64,000 nt of DNA from Callorhinchus milii. Taxonomy: Eukaryota. The notes under the pieces were generated by a model that was not told the origin of the DNA, ran no database searches, and saw only the letters and a program-made list of their open reading frames with translations. Location of the stretch: assembly GCF_018977255.1 (NCBI RefSeq), contig NW_024704742.1, positions 50,470,001-50,534,000 of the forward strand, read 5' to 3'. A program made the position numbers and the translations under genes. This document shows positions 25,318 to 38,056 of this stretch, piece after piece. The first letter of the stretch is position 1. Each line of letters begins with the position of its first letter.

Positions 25318-26109
25318 ACAGTCGAACCACGTAAAAGGATTTTTTTTTAATAATACCTCTCTTATACTACTGAAGCAATAATACAATGCTTTCTAAAGGT
25401 AAGATGTGTTGATTATGGATTATGAAACAGAATTTCAAAATTCATAGAATTTAGAAACTGAGTACTCTAAATGAAGGTCCCAATGAGATGTATTTGTTAC
25501 AACCAAGTCAAGAATCTGATGTTTCTGTTTTATGATGTGCTCACATCTGAAAGATGGACTGAAAAGAGAAATATGAGTTTAACTTGATGATTCTGATGGC
25601 AAAGTGAGGTGTTCTGTTTGTGATGGCAGCAAAAGACTAAATGTACAGGACATATGAAGAAACCAAGAAAACCTGTGATGTCTGAGTTGGTGCAGATGAA
25701 GAGAATGCAATTGATTGAAAATGCCGAGTGCGTGTATAATGGCAAGTCAACTAGTCAAGGACTGGAATGTGAACCAACAGACAAAAGAATTACACAACCA
25801 AAGCAGGAGTGAAGACTTTATTAAAGATCAACAGTGGAACCCACAAATGTGTTTGCAAATGTTTTATTAAGAGGCAGAATGGAGATGAGCCTAAATGAGA
25901 TCAATGTATAGCCACAGGTTACAATTTCCTATCTTTATTTCTAATGTTTTTGGGGGAAATATATGGGTTAATTACTGACAATCGTAGATGGAGTTATTTT
26001 GTAAACAAATCACAAAACAGGTTGCAAAGGGGCTTTGAAAAACCTGATGGGAAATAAATTGTAGAAGCCAATGCGAGAAACAGAAATAATCCTCTGAAAT
26101 GAAATGACC

Positions 26110-26555
26110 TCATCACACTAGTCCTTGCTAGGCTCCAGTGGCTCCCAATTACTGAATGGATCGATTTTAAAAATCCTCTTACTCATTTTCAAATCTCTTC
26201 ATTCCCTCGCATCTCCCTACCTATCCGATCTGCTTACCCACCACTCCACCACCCGTGGCCTCTGCTCGGCTGTTCCAGCCTCTTGCTTGTCAATCATCCC
26301 TTCTGCTCCACCATTGGTGGCAATGCCTTCAGCCACTACCCCCCAAAACTCCGGGACTCTTTCCCTCAATCCTTCCGCCTTGCCCCTCCCTCCACACTTT
26401 CAAATCCCACCTAAAGACCTTCCTTTTTGATCGTGCTTACGGTCACCACCCCTCTCCCTCTTCTCCTGGCTCAGGATCAGACTCCGCCACTGTCAAGTGC
26501 ACCGGGCCACTACCCTGTGTAAAGGGCGCTATATGAATGCAAATTGTTGTTGTTT
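26110..26555 (+). mobile_element. L2 3' fragment (same subfamily as 50748-51925)
   Basis: C-terminal L2 motifs and gggcgctatatgaatgcaaattgttgttg tail. Confidence 0.85.
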
Positions 26556-27139
26556 GCAATTATATTAAAGGTTATTTAAATTTGAAGAATGAACAGCTAT
26601 GGGGAGCTCATTCTGCACCAGCATTTCACAAGGAAAGGCTCACTCTGGGTTAAGGACAATATTACATTAGTAAACAATTTCAGTCTTTGTATAACTTTAT
26701 TATTGCAATATTGGCAATTACCAATATTAATAGGAAGTGCTCTGAGTTGCTATTCTGCATGAAGAGTGCTATATAAATGCAAGTTGTTGTAATTTTCAGT
26801 GTTACTGTGCAGAGACTAAAAATGTACTGACTGTCAGACCCCAGAGATGAGTCTTCAAATACCTGCTGATAATCTGAGAGTTTACAAACTGTATTCCAGA
26901 CTTCATATAGAATTTGTTTTAATAATGACATCAAAAATATTTTAGATTTTAATAATTAAAAATTAGATTTGTTCATAACTATAAGAATAAGTCCATTTCA
27001 TTAATGTGATGTGGCAAATTCTCGCTGTTGGTCTGTAACTCACTACAATACTTATCCCAGAATATAAGTGAAGACAGGACAAAATAAGAGTCATTCAGTT
27101 TCCCCCCCCCCACACACACACACACACTTGCTACCTCTG

Positions 27140-27330
27140 CTGACAATATACAACCTGTTCTCTCATGAACTCTATCCAACCCACTGACTATATACAATCT
27201 GCCTTCTCATGGACTATCCACCCACTGATGATACACAATCGACCCTCTCATGGACAATCCATCCCACTCGTTTTAATATAATCTATTCTCTCAATGGACT
27301 CCATCAAATCCACTGATTATATACAAACCA
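27140..27330 (+). repeat. Degenerate minisatellite, ~42-bp unit x ~4.5
   Basis: Repeating ccactgactatatacaatctg..tctcatggactatccac-like unit. Confidence 0.8.
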
Positions 27331-27617
27331 ATTACTCAAAATAATCTGCAATCTCGTGGTCTCCCTTCAACCCACCAAATCTACTGAGCAAGACACCCGG
27401 TGATGTGACAATAAACAGACAGTGAGGGTATAAGTTACAGTGCAGGCATCTAACAAATGAAATATCTTTTCACTGAAGTATACCATGATTTACATTTGAT
27501 TGTTACTGTAATTTGTCTTGTGAACACACGTTCTAGAACGACTTGAGACGTCTTCCCAACGTGAATGGCGCTATACAAATGTAATTTTGAATTGTATTGT
27601 ACTGTTCAAAAAAATTC

Positions 27618-27700
27618 TTAATAATAATAATAATAATCCTTGCATTTGATATAGCGCCTTTCACGTCTTCTAGACGTCCCAAAGCGCTTCACAGAATATA
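27618..27700 (-). mobile_element. Isolated SINE 3' tail (5'-truncated)
   Basis: (aat)n ccttgcatttgatatagcgcctttcacgtcttctagacgtcccaaagcgcttcacag. Confidence 0.85.
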
Positions 27701-27749
27701 ATGTTTGCCACTGAACTGGATGTAAAACACATCTTCTGTCCTGGTATAG

Positions 27750-28064
27750 TAATATAATAATAGTCCTTGCATTTAATGTAGTGCTTTTCACATCTTCTCG
27801 ACATCTCAAAGCGCTTCACAGAATAGACTGTAAAGTGAATTGACTGTATATTTGTGGGCGAACGCGGCAGCCAATTGCGCACAGCAATGTCCCACAAACA
27901 GTCGTGGATTGAAAATGACCAATTTATTATTGTTTTTTTTGGAGGGATTATTATTAGGTGTGTGGAGTAAGGAAACGTGCCCAAGGTTTCGCCCTGCCTG
28001 GAATTGAACCCAGGTCTCTCACTTGCAAAGCGAGTGCTCTAACCACTGAGCTACAGGACTCCAC
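27750..28064 (-). mobile_element. tRNA-Ala-like SINE, short subfamily, intact, 63 nt upstream of exon 6
   Basis: Near-identical to 21488-21829. Confidence 0.93.
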
Positions 28065-28127
28065 TTATTCTTATTCATCACTTATTCTTATTCCTCACTT
28101 AAAATACTTCATCCCTTTATTTTACAG

Positions 28128-28265
28128 ATGGCTACACAACCGATGATATTCAGTTCTATTGGAGCGGTGGTAAATATGCAGTCACAGGAGTAGAAAAGAT
28201 TGAATTGCCACAGTTCGACATAGTTGATCACCAGATGATTTCAAAACTAGTGGTTTTTGCCACAG
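28128..28265 (+). CDS. gabrb1: GABA-A receptor beta subunit, exon 6 (138 bp; [47 protein letters not shown])
   Basis: ttttacag| acceptor, |gtaaac donor; phase fits exons 5 and 7; loop B/F/C sequence of beta subunits; not in the ORF track. Confidence 0.95.
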
Positions 28266-29269
28266 GTAAACCATTTAATAAGAAATTCAGACTACGTCAC
28301 TTCTATCAATGAATTTTGCGTATGATTGTTGTACACTAATAGGTATCATAAACTTAAGTAGATTATGTCAGACCGTTGCCTAAATATATTTAGAGCCCAT
28401 TAACATTGAGATACAGTCTAATCTCATTAGGAATTGTAATGACAACTTCTTGTTATAACAAAGCTTTTCCACTGTCTCAGTTTCCCATTAACATCTGTCA
28501 AGAAACTCAAGCCTCTATAAGATGAGCCAATGATAAGAATTGCTTAATTGATTCCCTTACATTTGTTAAATGAAGTCTTGACTGTATTCCAAGAATCTCA
28601 TGCTTTCTTATTGAGTCTCATTAGGCCTTTAATTTGTTCCTGGAATTTTGAACAAAGTTGGAATATTCACATGTGAATTCTTGAATTGAATTTGACGCAT
28701 ATATTATTATTATTGATCTTTTGGTCAACAAAGATTAGTAATTATATCCAGAGTAAATCTTTACAAATAGTCTGTCAGAAATCAACATTGCTTTTGGTAT
28801 CTTTGAATTTTGGTCTTATAATATTGATAACAGAATCCAACAGTTCCATTCAAGTTGTAAAAGCTGTGTGCCTACGACACTGAAATTTGCTGTAGGGTTC
28901 CTGTAAAGGCCAACAGGGCAAAGGTATCTCCTGGTGAAGACTGGCATTCAGGCCGCAGTCACAGATTCAAATCCTCGCCTATTCCTTTAACATTCAGAGA
29001 CATTACCCCAAGTTAAGGGCATTATATAAAGCAAGATGTTATTGTTGTTGCTAATCAGCCTAACTCAATTTGTTTGACATTTGGGGCAGTACGATTGTCT
29101 TCAGCACCAGGAACAGGAATGGGAAAAATTATGCTTCACTTTCCAAACTGTTAAACAGAGATCACTGCATGTAGGTGTGTGTGTTTGAATGTTGGGTAAG
29201 ATAGGATTGGACTCAGCTTTGATGGCCCATAGGCTAAGAGTGACAGACACAGTCTTCTAATAGCTCACA

Positions 29270-29800
29270 CAACAACATTGCATTTATGAAGCACCTTTCA
29301 CATTGGGAGGACGTCCAAAAACCTAGAAAGCCTGGCGAGTTTGCACCCAAGTTGGGGGTTCGATTCAAGGGGGGTTAGCCAAGATGCGGTAGGGAAGTTG
29401 GGAAAGATGGACCTTGAAGGAGGCAAGGCAAGGAGGAGGAACTCCACAATGGAGTTCCAGAACAGGGGCAGAGAGGCTGGAAGGCCAATTGCCATTGGTA
29501 GGGCAGTTAGTGGAGACGTGAAGCAGGCCAACCAGCACTCGCTGAGGAGGAGGTGGGTTGATTTTACAAGATTAAAGACGTAGATGGTGTAAGACTGGGA
29601 GAGCTTTAAAAGTGAGGACAAGAATCTTGAACTTGGCGGATGGGGGAGCCAGTGGAACCGGGTGAAGATGGGAATGATAGGCTTGTGGAACCTGGTTCAG
29701 ACACAAGCTGCAGAGTTCTGGATGGTCTGCAGTTTATGTAGGAAGAATTGGGAAGAATTGGGAAGTCCGGCAAGCAGAGAGTTGGTTTAGACTAGCACAG
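29270..29800 (-). mobile_element. Degraded L2 3' fragment
   Basis: Tail plus ggggagccagtgg..gctgcagagttctggatggtctgcag motifs. Confidence 0.75.
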
Positions 29801-30079
29801 GAATAATGAGTACTTGACTAGAGGAAAGTCTTGGGGCATTATTCCAGTAGGAGTCTGCTATCTGCCAGAGAGGAAGAAGGCAGAATAAATTGGACGAGAA
29901 AATTAGTGGAGGTAAAAAGCAGTTGTAGGAAAGTATACCCAATCTCATCATGTAATTGATAAATTTCTTGGGACATGTTGATAAGATGGTCTGCCTTGCT
30001 CACTGAAAGCTTCAAGATAATAAATTTCCAAATCAAATCTGGCTCAGACGTGAAGAACAGCTAGTTTATTGAGTTAGCA

Positions 30080-30395
30080 ACAGGTGAATGGGGGCTATAT
30101 TCCAGCAAGTGTATAACAATTTAAATGGGATTGAAAAAATAAACCCAGATCGATACTTTAGGATGTAGCAAGACAGTACAAGAGGTCACAAGTTGAGAGT
30201 TGTAAAGGGCAATTTTGGGACAGATTCAATGAAGTTTCACTTTACTCAGAGGGTAATCAAAGACTGGAAAGGTGGTTGAGGCCAGGACACTGGACTCATT
30301 TAGCTGTGATGGTTGGTGAGGGGGCAGGGTGTGTGTTCAAGAAAAATGAGATTGGATGGGCCAAAGGGCCTTCTTCATCCAAGTCAATCTTATGA
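30080..30395 (+). mobile_element. Degraded CR1 3' fragment
   Basis: acaagaggtcacaag..ttcactttactcagagggtaat..ggatgggccaaagggccttc. Confidence 0.65.
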
Positions 30396-31089
30396 TGTCA
30401 ATAACTTCTGGAGAAGAGGAAGAAAAACATTTAACAAACAATAGAAACTGATAGCTTAAACCAAACACTGTATAATATATTTTATCCTCCTCTCAAATAC
30501 TTCTATTTCAGCCTGTTAGAGCTAACATAGTTGGATATGGTTTCACTGAAAAAAATTGAGCTTATTTCATTATCAGGTACAGTACAGATTCTTAGGTAAG
30601 TTTACTGACTTGACAGGTGAGCATATGTTATTCTCTGCTGATCAGTAAATTTACTGACAGTCAGCGAATCACCTCTGTATCAATTTTAAAACTCACACTT
30701 TATATTAGTGTTAACTTATTTGATGTAATGCTACGAGCAGACATGATTATGATAAAGAACAGTGCAGAAAATAATGTCATGTATTGCTGGAGCTTTATAT
30801 TTTCTGCATCATGAAGCTGTGGACAATCAACTAGAACCTATTATAATGACTTATTATGTAAGTCATAATAATGAATGGAGGCTGAATTACACAAACATAG
30901 AATAGTTACAGGTTGGCCATCTCTGACTTGCTAATGTTTTAAAACATTATAAACAGTGTAGTTGTTCCATAGTTTTAAAGCACCATTTTCATTACACAAG
31001 TGTTTTATAATGTTATCAATGGTGATGGATTTTCAAGCAAAATGTCTTTTGATTATTAATGGTTTTTCCTTTATGCTGTACATAGGTGA

Positions 31090-31350
<261 letters not shown>

Positions 31351-31922
31351 TAACTACAATCACTAATCTGGAACTGTGCTACAGTCTGAGGATGTACATT
31401 ACCTACTGAGCTATGGATACCTGGAAATGAGTACAAAGCATCAATCTTGTGCGTATGTGTTTAAATATCAGGCGAAGTTCACATAATGATATCAGTCAAG
31501 ACTGACACTACAATGCGAAATAACAAATTCATCACCTGCAAGCCCAAATAGTTCCTCACATTTATCCTTTCAAACACTGTTTTTATCTGAAATATTTTGA
31601 TTATATCACCCCACTAACAAAAGTGACATAAACTTATATTGCATTCTTCCTGTGTGATAATGCCCAAACCAAAGGATTAACAATGTTTTAGTATAATTGG
31701 TGCATATTTATCAAATAGTAATGCACTGCTGACAACCAGAAAATAACAAATCTATATAATACTTTGTTATTGTCAGATGGTTATACTCTTAAAAAGAGAA
31801 GATGTGTCAGGATCAGGCAGTCACAGTTGGCTTCAGTAAGTGTGTGTGCTTTGTGTGATCAGCATGTTGCAGTGTAAAGATGTTCCTGTGTATTGATTCT
31901 GTTTTTTTTCAACATTTTACAG

Positions 31923-32173
31923 GAATCACAACTGTACTCACCATGACAACTATCAATACTCACCTCAGGGAAACTCTTCCGAAGATCCCCTATGTTAAGG
32001 CCATTGACATTTACTTGATGGGCTGCTTTGTCTTCGTATTCCTGGCTTTACTGGAGTACGCCTTTGTAAACTACATCTTCTTCGGGAGAGGGCCACAGCT
32101 TCAGAAGAAAGCAGCTGAGAAAGCTGCTCAGACCAACAATGAGAAGAGCAGGATGGAAACCAACAGAGTGCAG
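31923..32173 (+). CDS. gabrb1: GABA-A receptor beta subunit, exon 8 (251 bp; M2, M3, start of M3-M4 loop)
   Basis: ttttacag| ... CAG|gtacat; [55 protein letters not shown]...METNRVQ; AIDIYLM and terminal VQ are beta1-type. Confidence 0.95.
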
Positions 32174-32934
32174 GTACATATAGCAGTTGTAATAGTACCA
32201 GACAATAACCTCTTACGCAGAGGCCGGTGGAATGTGACCATCTATTTCACAAATGATTGTTGAATTATTCAAGCAGAGTCCATAAACTGCAGTAAAGGAG
32301 AATTAGATAGATGCTTGAAATGGAGGATTATTAAAGGACATGGGGAGTGCACAGGAGAGTGGTATTAAATGAAGTGACCCATGGGAAGGAAAACACCATC
32401 GTAGTTTTAATGGACTGAATGGCTTGTTTCTCTTCTGTAATATTCTGTGATACTGTGATCTCATGTTGTTTTCAAATGTTGTTTTCTTCTGTGTATTGTA
32501 AAGAGCAAAGAATCATTTGGTGGTGATTTTATTTGGTTCCTGAATTTAACAAATCATGTGGGGGTGACGGGATGAAATAGAATGATGTAAAGCTCAGGAG
32601 CATGTATAATGTTGATGTAAGTCACTATTTGAATTTGATCACAAGCACAGTACCAAAGAAAATAGATTTACAATTAATCGGTCTCAAGTGGAAGTAGTGT
32701 ATACGTAGAGAGATTCTCAGCAAAAGTAGTTTTAAATAAATATCTAACTACATTTATGTTTGTGCATAAAGTTGAATAGTTTAGAGGCAGGAATGGAATG
32801 AAATGAGCAAATATCCTATCAAACCCAATGTTTCCTGTGCTGTTAGGGTGGGGAGTATTATTGGTGGGGTGGATGATCAGTGGTACACATTTAACTAGAG
32901 AAAACATTTCAGATAGATGAATATGTAGCAGATT

Positions 32935-33340
32935 TGCTTTATATCACTCCCACCTCTGAATCAAGAGGTTGTAGATTCAAGTCCCAAAGTCAGGGCTTTA
33001 AATACATAGTCTAGGATAACACTCCAGTCCAGAGCTGGGGGAGCGCTGCTTTGTCAAAGGTGCCGTCCTTTAAATGAGATATTAAAGTGAGATCCTGTCT
33101 GCCTATCTAGACAGATATTAAAGATCCCATGGCACTACTCAAAAATAGCATTACTTAAAAAGAGAAGGGAGCTTTTTCCAATGCCCTAGCCAACAACCCC
33201 CCCCAGATGAAATTGATCATTTACTTCATAGCTGTTTGTGGGATTTTGCTGTGTGAAACTCGCTGCCACATATGCCTATGAAACAATTTAAGATGTTTCA
33301 ACAACATGACAAGGCATTACTTCAAATACAAAGATTATTA
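32935..33340 (+). mobile_element. Older DeuSINE (SacSINE1-like) copy
   Basis: cctctgaatcaagaggttgtagattcaagtcc..aagatcccatggcact..gctgtttgtgggattttgctgtg. Confidence 0.75.
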
Positions 33341-33572
33341 TAGAGATTATGATAGAGTCCCTGAAAGGGAAGAATATATACGGTCTATGAGAGGAGCAGG
33401 CTTTCACAGACCATATATTTTAGACATTTATAACAGCCTGATTCAAACTTGTTACTTCAAAGAGCAGTAAAGCATGAACATTTTCACTCTAAACCAACCT
33501 ACAATCTAACATTTATCATCTAAAACTGTTTACTTTCTTAATAGTTGCATAGACAAGAATGATCTTTCTTAA

Positions 33573-33790
33573 CTTATATTCCAATGGAGACTGCACTAAT
33601 AATGGATAGGATTACACTAGTTGAAGCAATCTCTGACATTGATGTCCGCTCCAAAGTCAAATAAATGTGGTTTAACTAAGGACAGTAATGTATTTAGTGA
33701 TATAAAAAATATGATATGTGATCAGAATCCACAACATTTTCTATCTGGTTCCTACCAGACTGAAACTATGGTAGACATCCAATTTATCTC
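33573..33790 (+). repeat. Direct repeat copy 1 (218 bp) flanking L2
   Basis: Aligns end to end with 34900-35113. Confidence 0.95.
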
Positions 33791-34899
33791 CTCTAGCCCT
33801 CGGACCATCTCGTGGCATTCCTCAGGGCTCTGTCCTGGGTCCCCTCCTCTTCAATATCTATATGCTCCCTCTCGGTGACATCGTCCGCTGACATGGGATC
33901 AACTTCCACATGTATGCGGATGACACCCAACTGTACCTCTCTTCCTCCACCCTTGACTCCAGGACCACTGCTGTGCTGACAGAATGTTTGTCAGACATCA
34001 AGTCCTGGATGAGAGTTAACTTTCTTCAGTTGAACGTCAACAAGACTGAGGCCCTCCTGATCGGCTCCCTTCAGCGCCTGCTCACCTCAGGCGCTGACAG
34101 CATCACCATCCATGGTTGCACACTCCACATTGTTAAGCCAGTCCAGAACCTTGGTGTTTTGTTTGACCCTCAACTATCCTTTCTACCCCAAATCTCTGCC
34201 ATAACCCGCTCTGCCTTCCCCACCTCCGCAACATCCTCGGCTCCGCCACTGTCTCACACCGCAAGCCGCCAAAACCCTCATATGTGCTTTCATTACATAG
34301 AGGCTCGACTGTGCAAACTCATTACTTGTCGGCCTCCCCAGTTCCTCCCTCAACAGCCTGCAGATCATCCAGAACTCTGCAGCCCATGTCCTCTCCCCCA
34401 CCAGACTCCATGACCCTATCACGCCCATCCTCGCCCAACTCCACTGGCTTCCCATCACACAGAGGATACAGTTCAAGATCCTGGTCCTCACCTTCAAAGC
34501 CTTCCACAGTCTTGCTCCCCCCTACCTCTCCAACCTCCTAACCCCCTACCAATCCTGTTCGCTCCCTCCGCTCAGCGGGCTCTGGCCTGCTTCATGTCCC
34601 CCGCCTTACTCGCCCCACTATTGGTGGGCGGGCCTTCCGCAACTCTGCACCCACCCTCTGAAACTCCATCTCGCAGTCCCTCCATCTCTCCCCCTCCCTT
34701 GCCACCTTCAAGACCCATCTCAAGACCCTCCTCTTCAATCGTGCTTTCGATCTCCCTGCTTCCCCCACCTGCCCTCCACCCTCCCCCACACCGACCCCTT
34801 AGCTCCAGTAACTCCGTCTGTTCCAGTGCCTTGGGAAGTCCTTCCAACATGAATGGCACTGTACAAATGTAGTTGTGTTGTTGTTGTTGTCGTTGTTAT
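33791..34899 (+). mobile_element. 5'-truncated L2 LINE (RT C-half to tail)
   Basis: ggcattcctcagggctctgtcctgggtccc, [12 protein letters not shown], (gtt)n tail. Confidence 0.93.
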
Positions 34900-35113
34900 C
34901 TTATATTCCAATGCAGATTGTACTAATAATGGATAGGATTACACTAACTGAAGCAATCTCTGACATTAATATCCACTCCAAAGTCAAATAAATGTGATTT
35001 AATTAAGGACAGTAATGTATTTAGTATAAAAAATGATATGTGATCAGAATCCACAACATTTTCTGTCTGGTTCCTAACCAGACTGAAACCATTGTAGACA
35101 TCCAATTTATCTC
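34900..35113 (+). repeat. Direct repeat copy 2 (214 bp) flanking L2
   Basis: Aligns end to end with 33573-33790. Confidence 0.95.
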
Positions 35114-35257
35114 AGTCTTTGTTTTGCTGCAGAGTAGTTCCTTTCATGTTAATTTTATTGTGTCCTGTTGGCTGAAAGATCTCCCTACTGAGCTACTTCG
35201 ATTCTTTTGTCTCATGTATCACTGAATTACTGTCTCAAATAACTTATACTTTGTATT

Positions 35258-35612
35258 TAAGGTTATGAATGGATTTGATAAGGTGGACATTAGTAGGTTG
35301 TTACTACTTATTGACGAGTCCAAAGCAAAGTGGCATAAATATAAGATAGCCAGCAGCAGATTTAAAGGGAATTTAGGGGGAACATTATGAAGAGGGTGGT
35401 GAGAATGGGGAAATCAAACCCAAATATTTGGATGAAGCAAAATGTATCAATGTATTTATGCGCAAACTTGTTGCATACATGAGGGAAAAGTTAATTGAAG
35501 AGTATGGGAAAGAGGATAAGGAAGATGGATGCTTGTGTGGAATAAAGGTCTTCACTGACTAGTTGAGACGGGTGGTCTGTTTCCATGCTACAATGTTTCA
35601 TCTAATTCTATG
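35258..35612 (+). mobile_element. Degraded CR1 3' fragment
   Basis: aaggttatgaatggatttgataaggtggac..agagggtggtgagaatgg..aattctatg. Confidence 0.7.
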
Positions 35613-38056
35613 TAAGTCAAAGGTAATGTAAAATAATATGTGTATATATATTTTGCAGTTCTCAATAATTTCTAATACAGCTACAGTGAAGACAAATGTT
35701 TTAAATCTGTATAATAGTGTTGCAGAGGCATACAATTGTTGTGATATTGCAATTGAGGGAATAGTATTCGTGGGTGAGCTGAACTGAGATGTAAAAGATT
35801 ATGGAGCTAGAGGCTAGAGATATTGAGCCGCAGAACTGGGAGACTGACTCACAAGATCACAAGATTGGTTCGGATGAAGGAAGCACATTGGCAGCGTCTG
35901 ATCTCATTCCTCCAGAATAGCCCTCCCGTCACAGCATCAAGCTATTGTTTAAATGAGTCCAATGTCCTAGCCTCAGCCACCCTTCCTGTCATTAATTACT
36001 CTCTAGAGAAAGAAAAACTTCATGATGTGCGTCCTGAAATTGCCCTTTGCAACTCTATACTTCTGTCCTCCTGTTCTACTGCCTATGTCCTATTGTTCTG
36101 AAAGTAGAAGGTCTGAAGAGAACACAGAGAAACAGAGATTGATAATTGAAGAGAAATGAGAGACTGAGAAGCAAACAGACAAAAAAAAGCAGAAAGAAAC
36201 AGTAAAATGTAGAAATAAAATGTAGAAAGAAAAATAAAGACAGTGAAGAAAGATATTTAGAAAATGGGATGCCTGACAAACAAGACTTTTTTGAAAATAA
36301 ATGTTTCAGAAAGAGATCAATTGAGCCTGCCAGCTTCTTAAACTTGAGTCGTTTTTAACTCACATTTCACCCAACAATTTTAAAAACTAGAATGTTGACT
36401 CATTACTTGAAGGCTTAGCATGTTTTTTTATCCTGTCAAAATTATTTGGGAATAATTTGTGACCGTGCTACTCCACTGAGTAATGATAATGTTCTAATTT
36501 ATTCAAATGCTTTTATATCATGTAAACAGCAGCAAAATGAATATTTGCTTGGAAAGATTTGAATTTATAATAGGGTTTAATTACAACAATAATAAGTTTG
36601 CTTTTATCTAGCAACTTTCACATCAGGAGGTATCTCAAAGTGCTTCACGCAATTGGGGGGTGGATGGGGTGGGAGAGGAAGGAAGGTGACCAAAAGCATG
36701 GTTGAAAAGATGGGTCTTAAAGTGGGCTTTGAAGGCAAAGGTAGAGGGCAAGGCAGAGGGACTCCAAAATGGACTTCCAGAGAGAAGGGGCAGAATGGTG
36801 TGAAAACACCAGTGGGGCGGATTAGTCAAAGATCATGAAGCAGACCGATGTCATACTTAAATAATGATATTCACGAACCAGATTTATTTCATTAATTGCA
36901 ACTTAATTAATTTTGGATTGAGAAATCTACAGCGTAATTTGTGAACAGTCTGAAAAAAAAGCCATTGCAAGTTAGACCTCAATATATTGGACAAAATTAG
37001 GAAACTAATAGACTGACGGAACAAATCCACATCCTCTAAGCAAATTACAAAAAAAATCTCCAAAAGTAAAATGGATTGGAACTAGCTGAATGCCAGTGAG
37101 CTGGTATGATGTATTTCTGCTTTTATTATTAAGAAATCCCATTAGATATTGTCATATAATAGACCCCAGTGTCAGTCAATGACCAAGTAACATGGAGATG
37201 GGGGTAAAATGTCCAATTAGGCGCCAACCAGTATTGTTAAGGGCCCGCAGTGTTGCAACAACAACAAATTACATTTGTACAGCGCCTTTCACGTCAGGAG
37301 GACTTCCCAAGTTTCATTCCCTGGGGTGATTCTGAAGTCCAGCAACTATTACCTTCAAGAAGAATGCCATAGTTACCATAGTGACTGTTACCCCATCAGC
37401 CAACTTACACCGCAAAAGTGATTTTTTTTCTCTCTTCCCTTTTAATCAAAAGCACTCCTGCAGTAAACAAAATATATGCTGGAATTATCATTCAGAGAGA
37501 TCAAAAAGATAAAGTATTTTTTAATATGATGATGTTCAAAAAGATGTCTCAGGCACACAATGGCAGTAGTTAAAGTGTCGAAAAATGGCTGTCGTATCAA
37601 AATTTAAACATAAAAATAAATACCAATGTCTACCTGCCTGCACATAAGTTTTTTTTTAAATTCTGTTACAAAGAATGTACAGCTCGAAAACAGACTGCTC
37701 AGCTCAACAAGTCGGTGCTGACTTTTGTTTTACTTTGTGATTCGTGATTGAATCAGAATCGTTAACAGTGTCAAATTAGCATAACTAAGTTGAATAACTC
37801 TGCTCTAGTTTCACGTAACTCAAAAGACTCTCTCACCGGGCACAAGCTCAGAAGCAGAAAATATATAATTGTACTGGTGGGGTGCCTTCTGCAGTTTAAA
37901 AGAGAGAACATAATATGAAAATCTTTTATGCGCACCATTATACCTTACTGAACCTCTGAGAACTGAACGCCTGAAACTTTGTCACGTCTATATCAAAAAG
38001 GATCTCAAGACATTAATAATAATAATAATAATATTACTTGCATTTGATATAACGCT

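Noticed and set aside
27140..27330. CRISPR-like array
   Set aside because: Eukaryotic intron; whole units repeat with no unique spacers and no cas genes
29100..29120. RE1/NRSE-like TTCAGCACCAGGAACAG (also weak half-sites near 7063 and 12135)
   Set aside because: The critical GGACAGC half is mismatched and the site appears to lie in an old repeat
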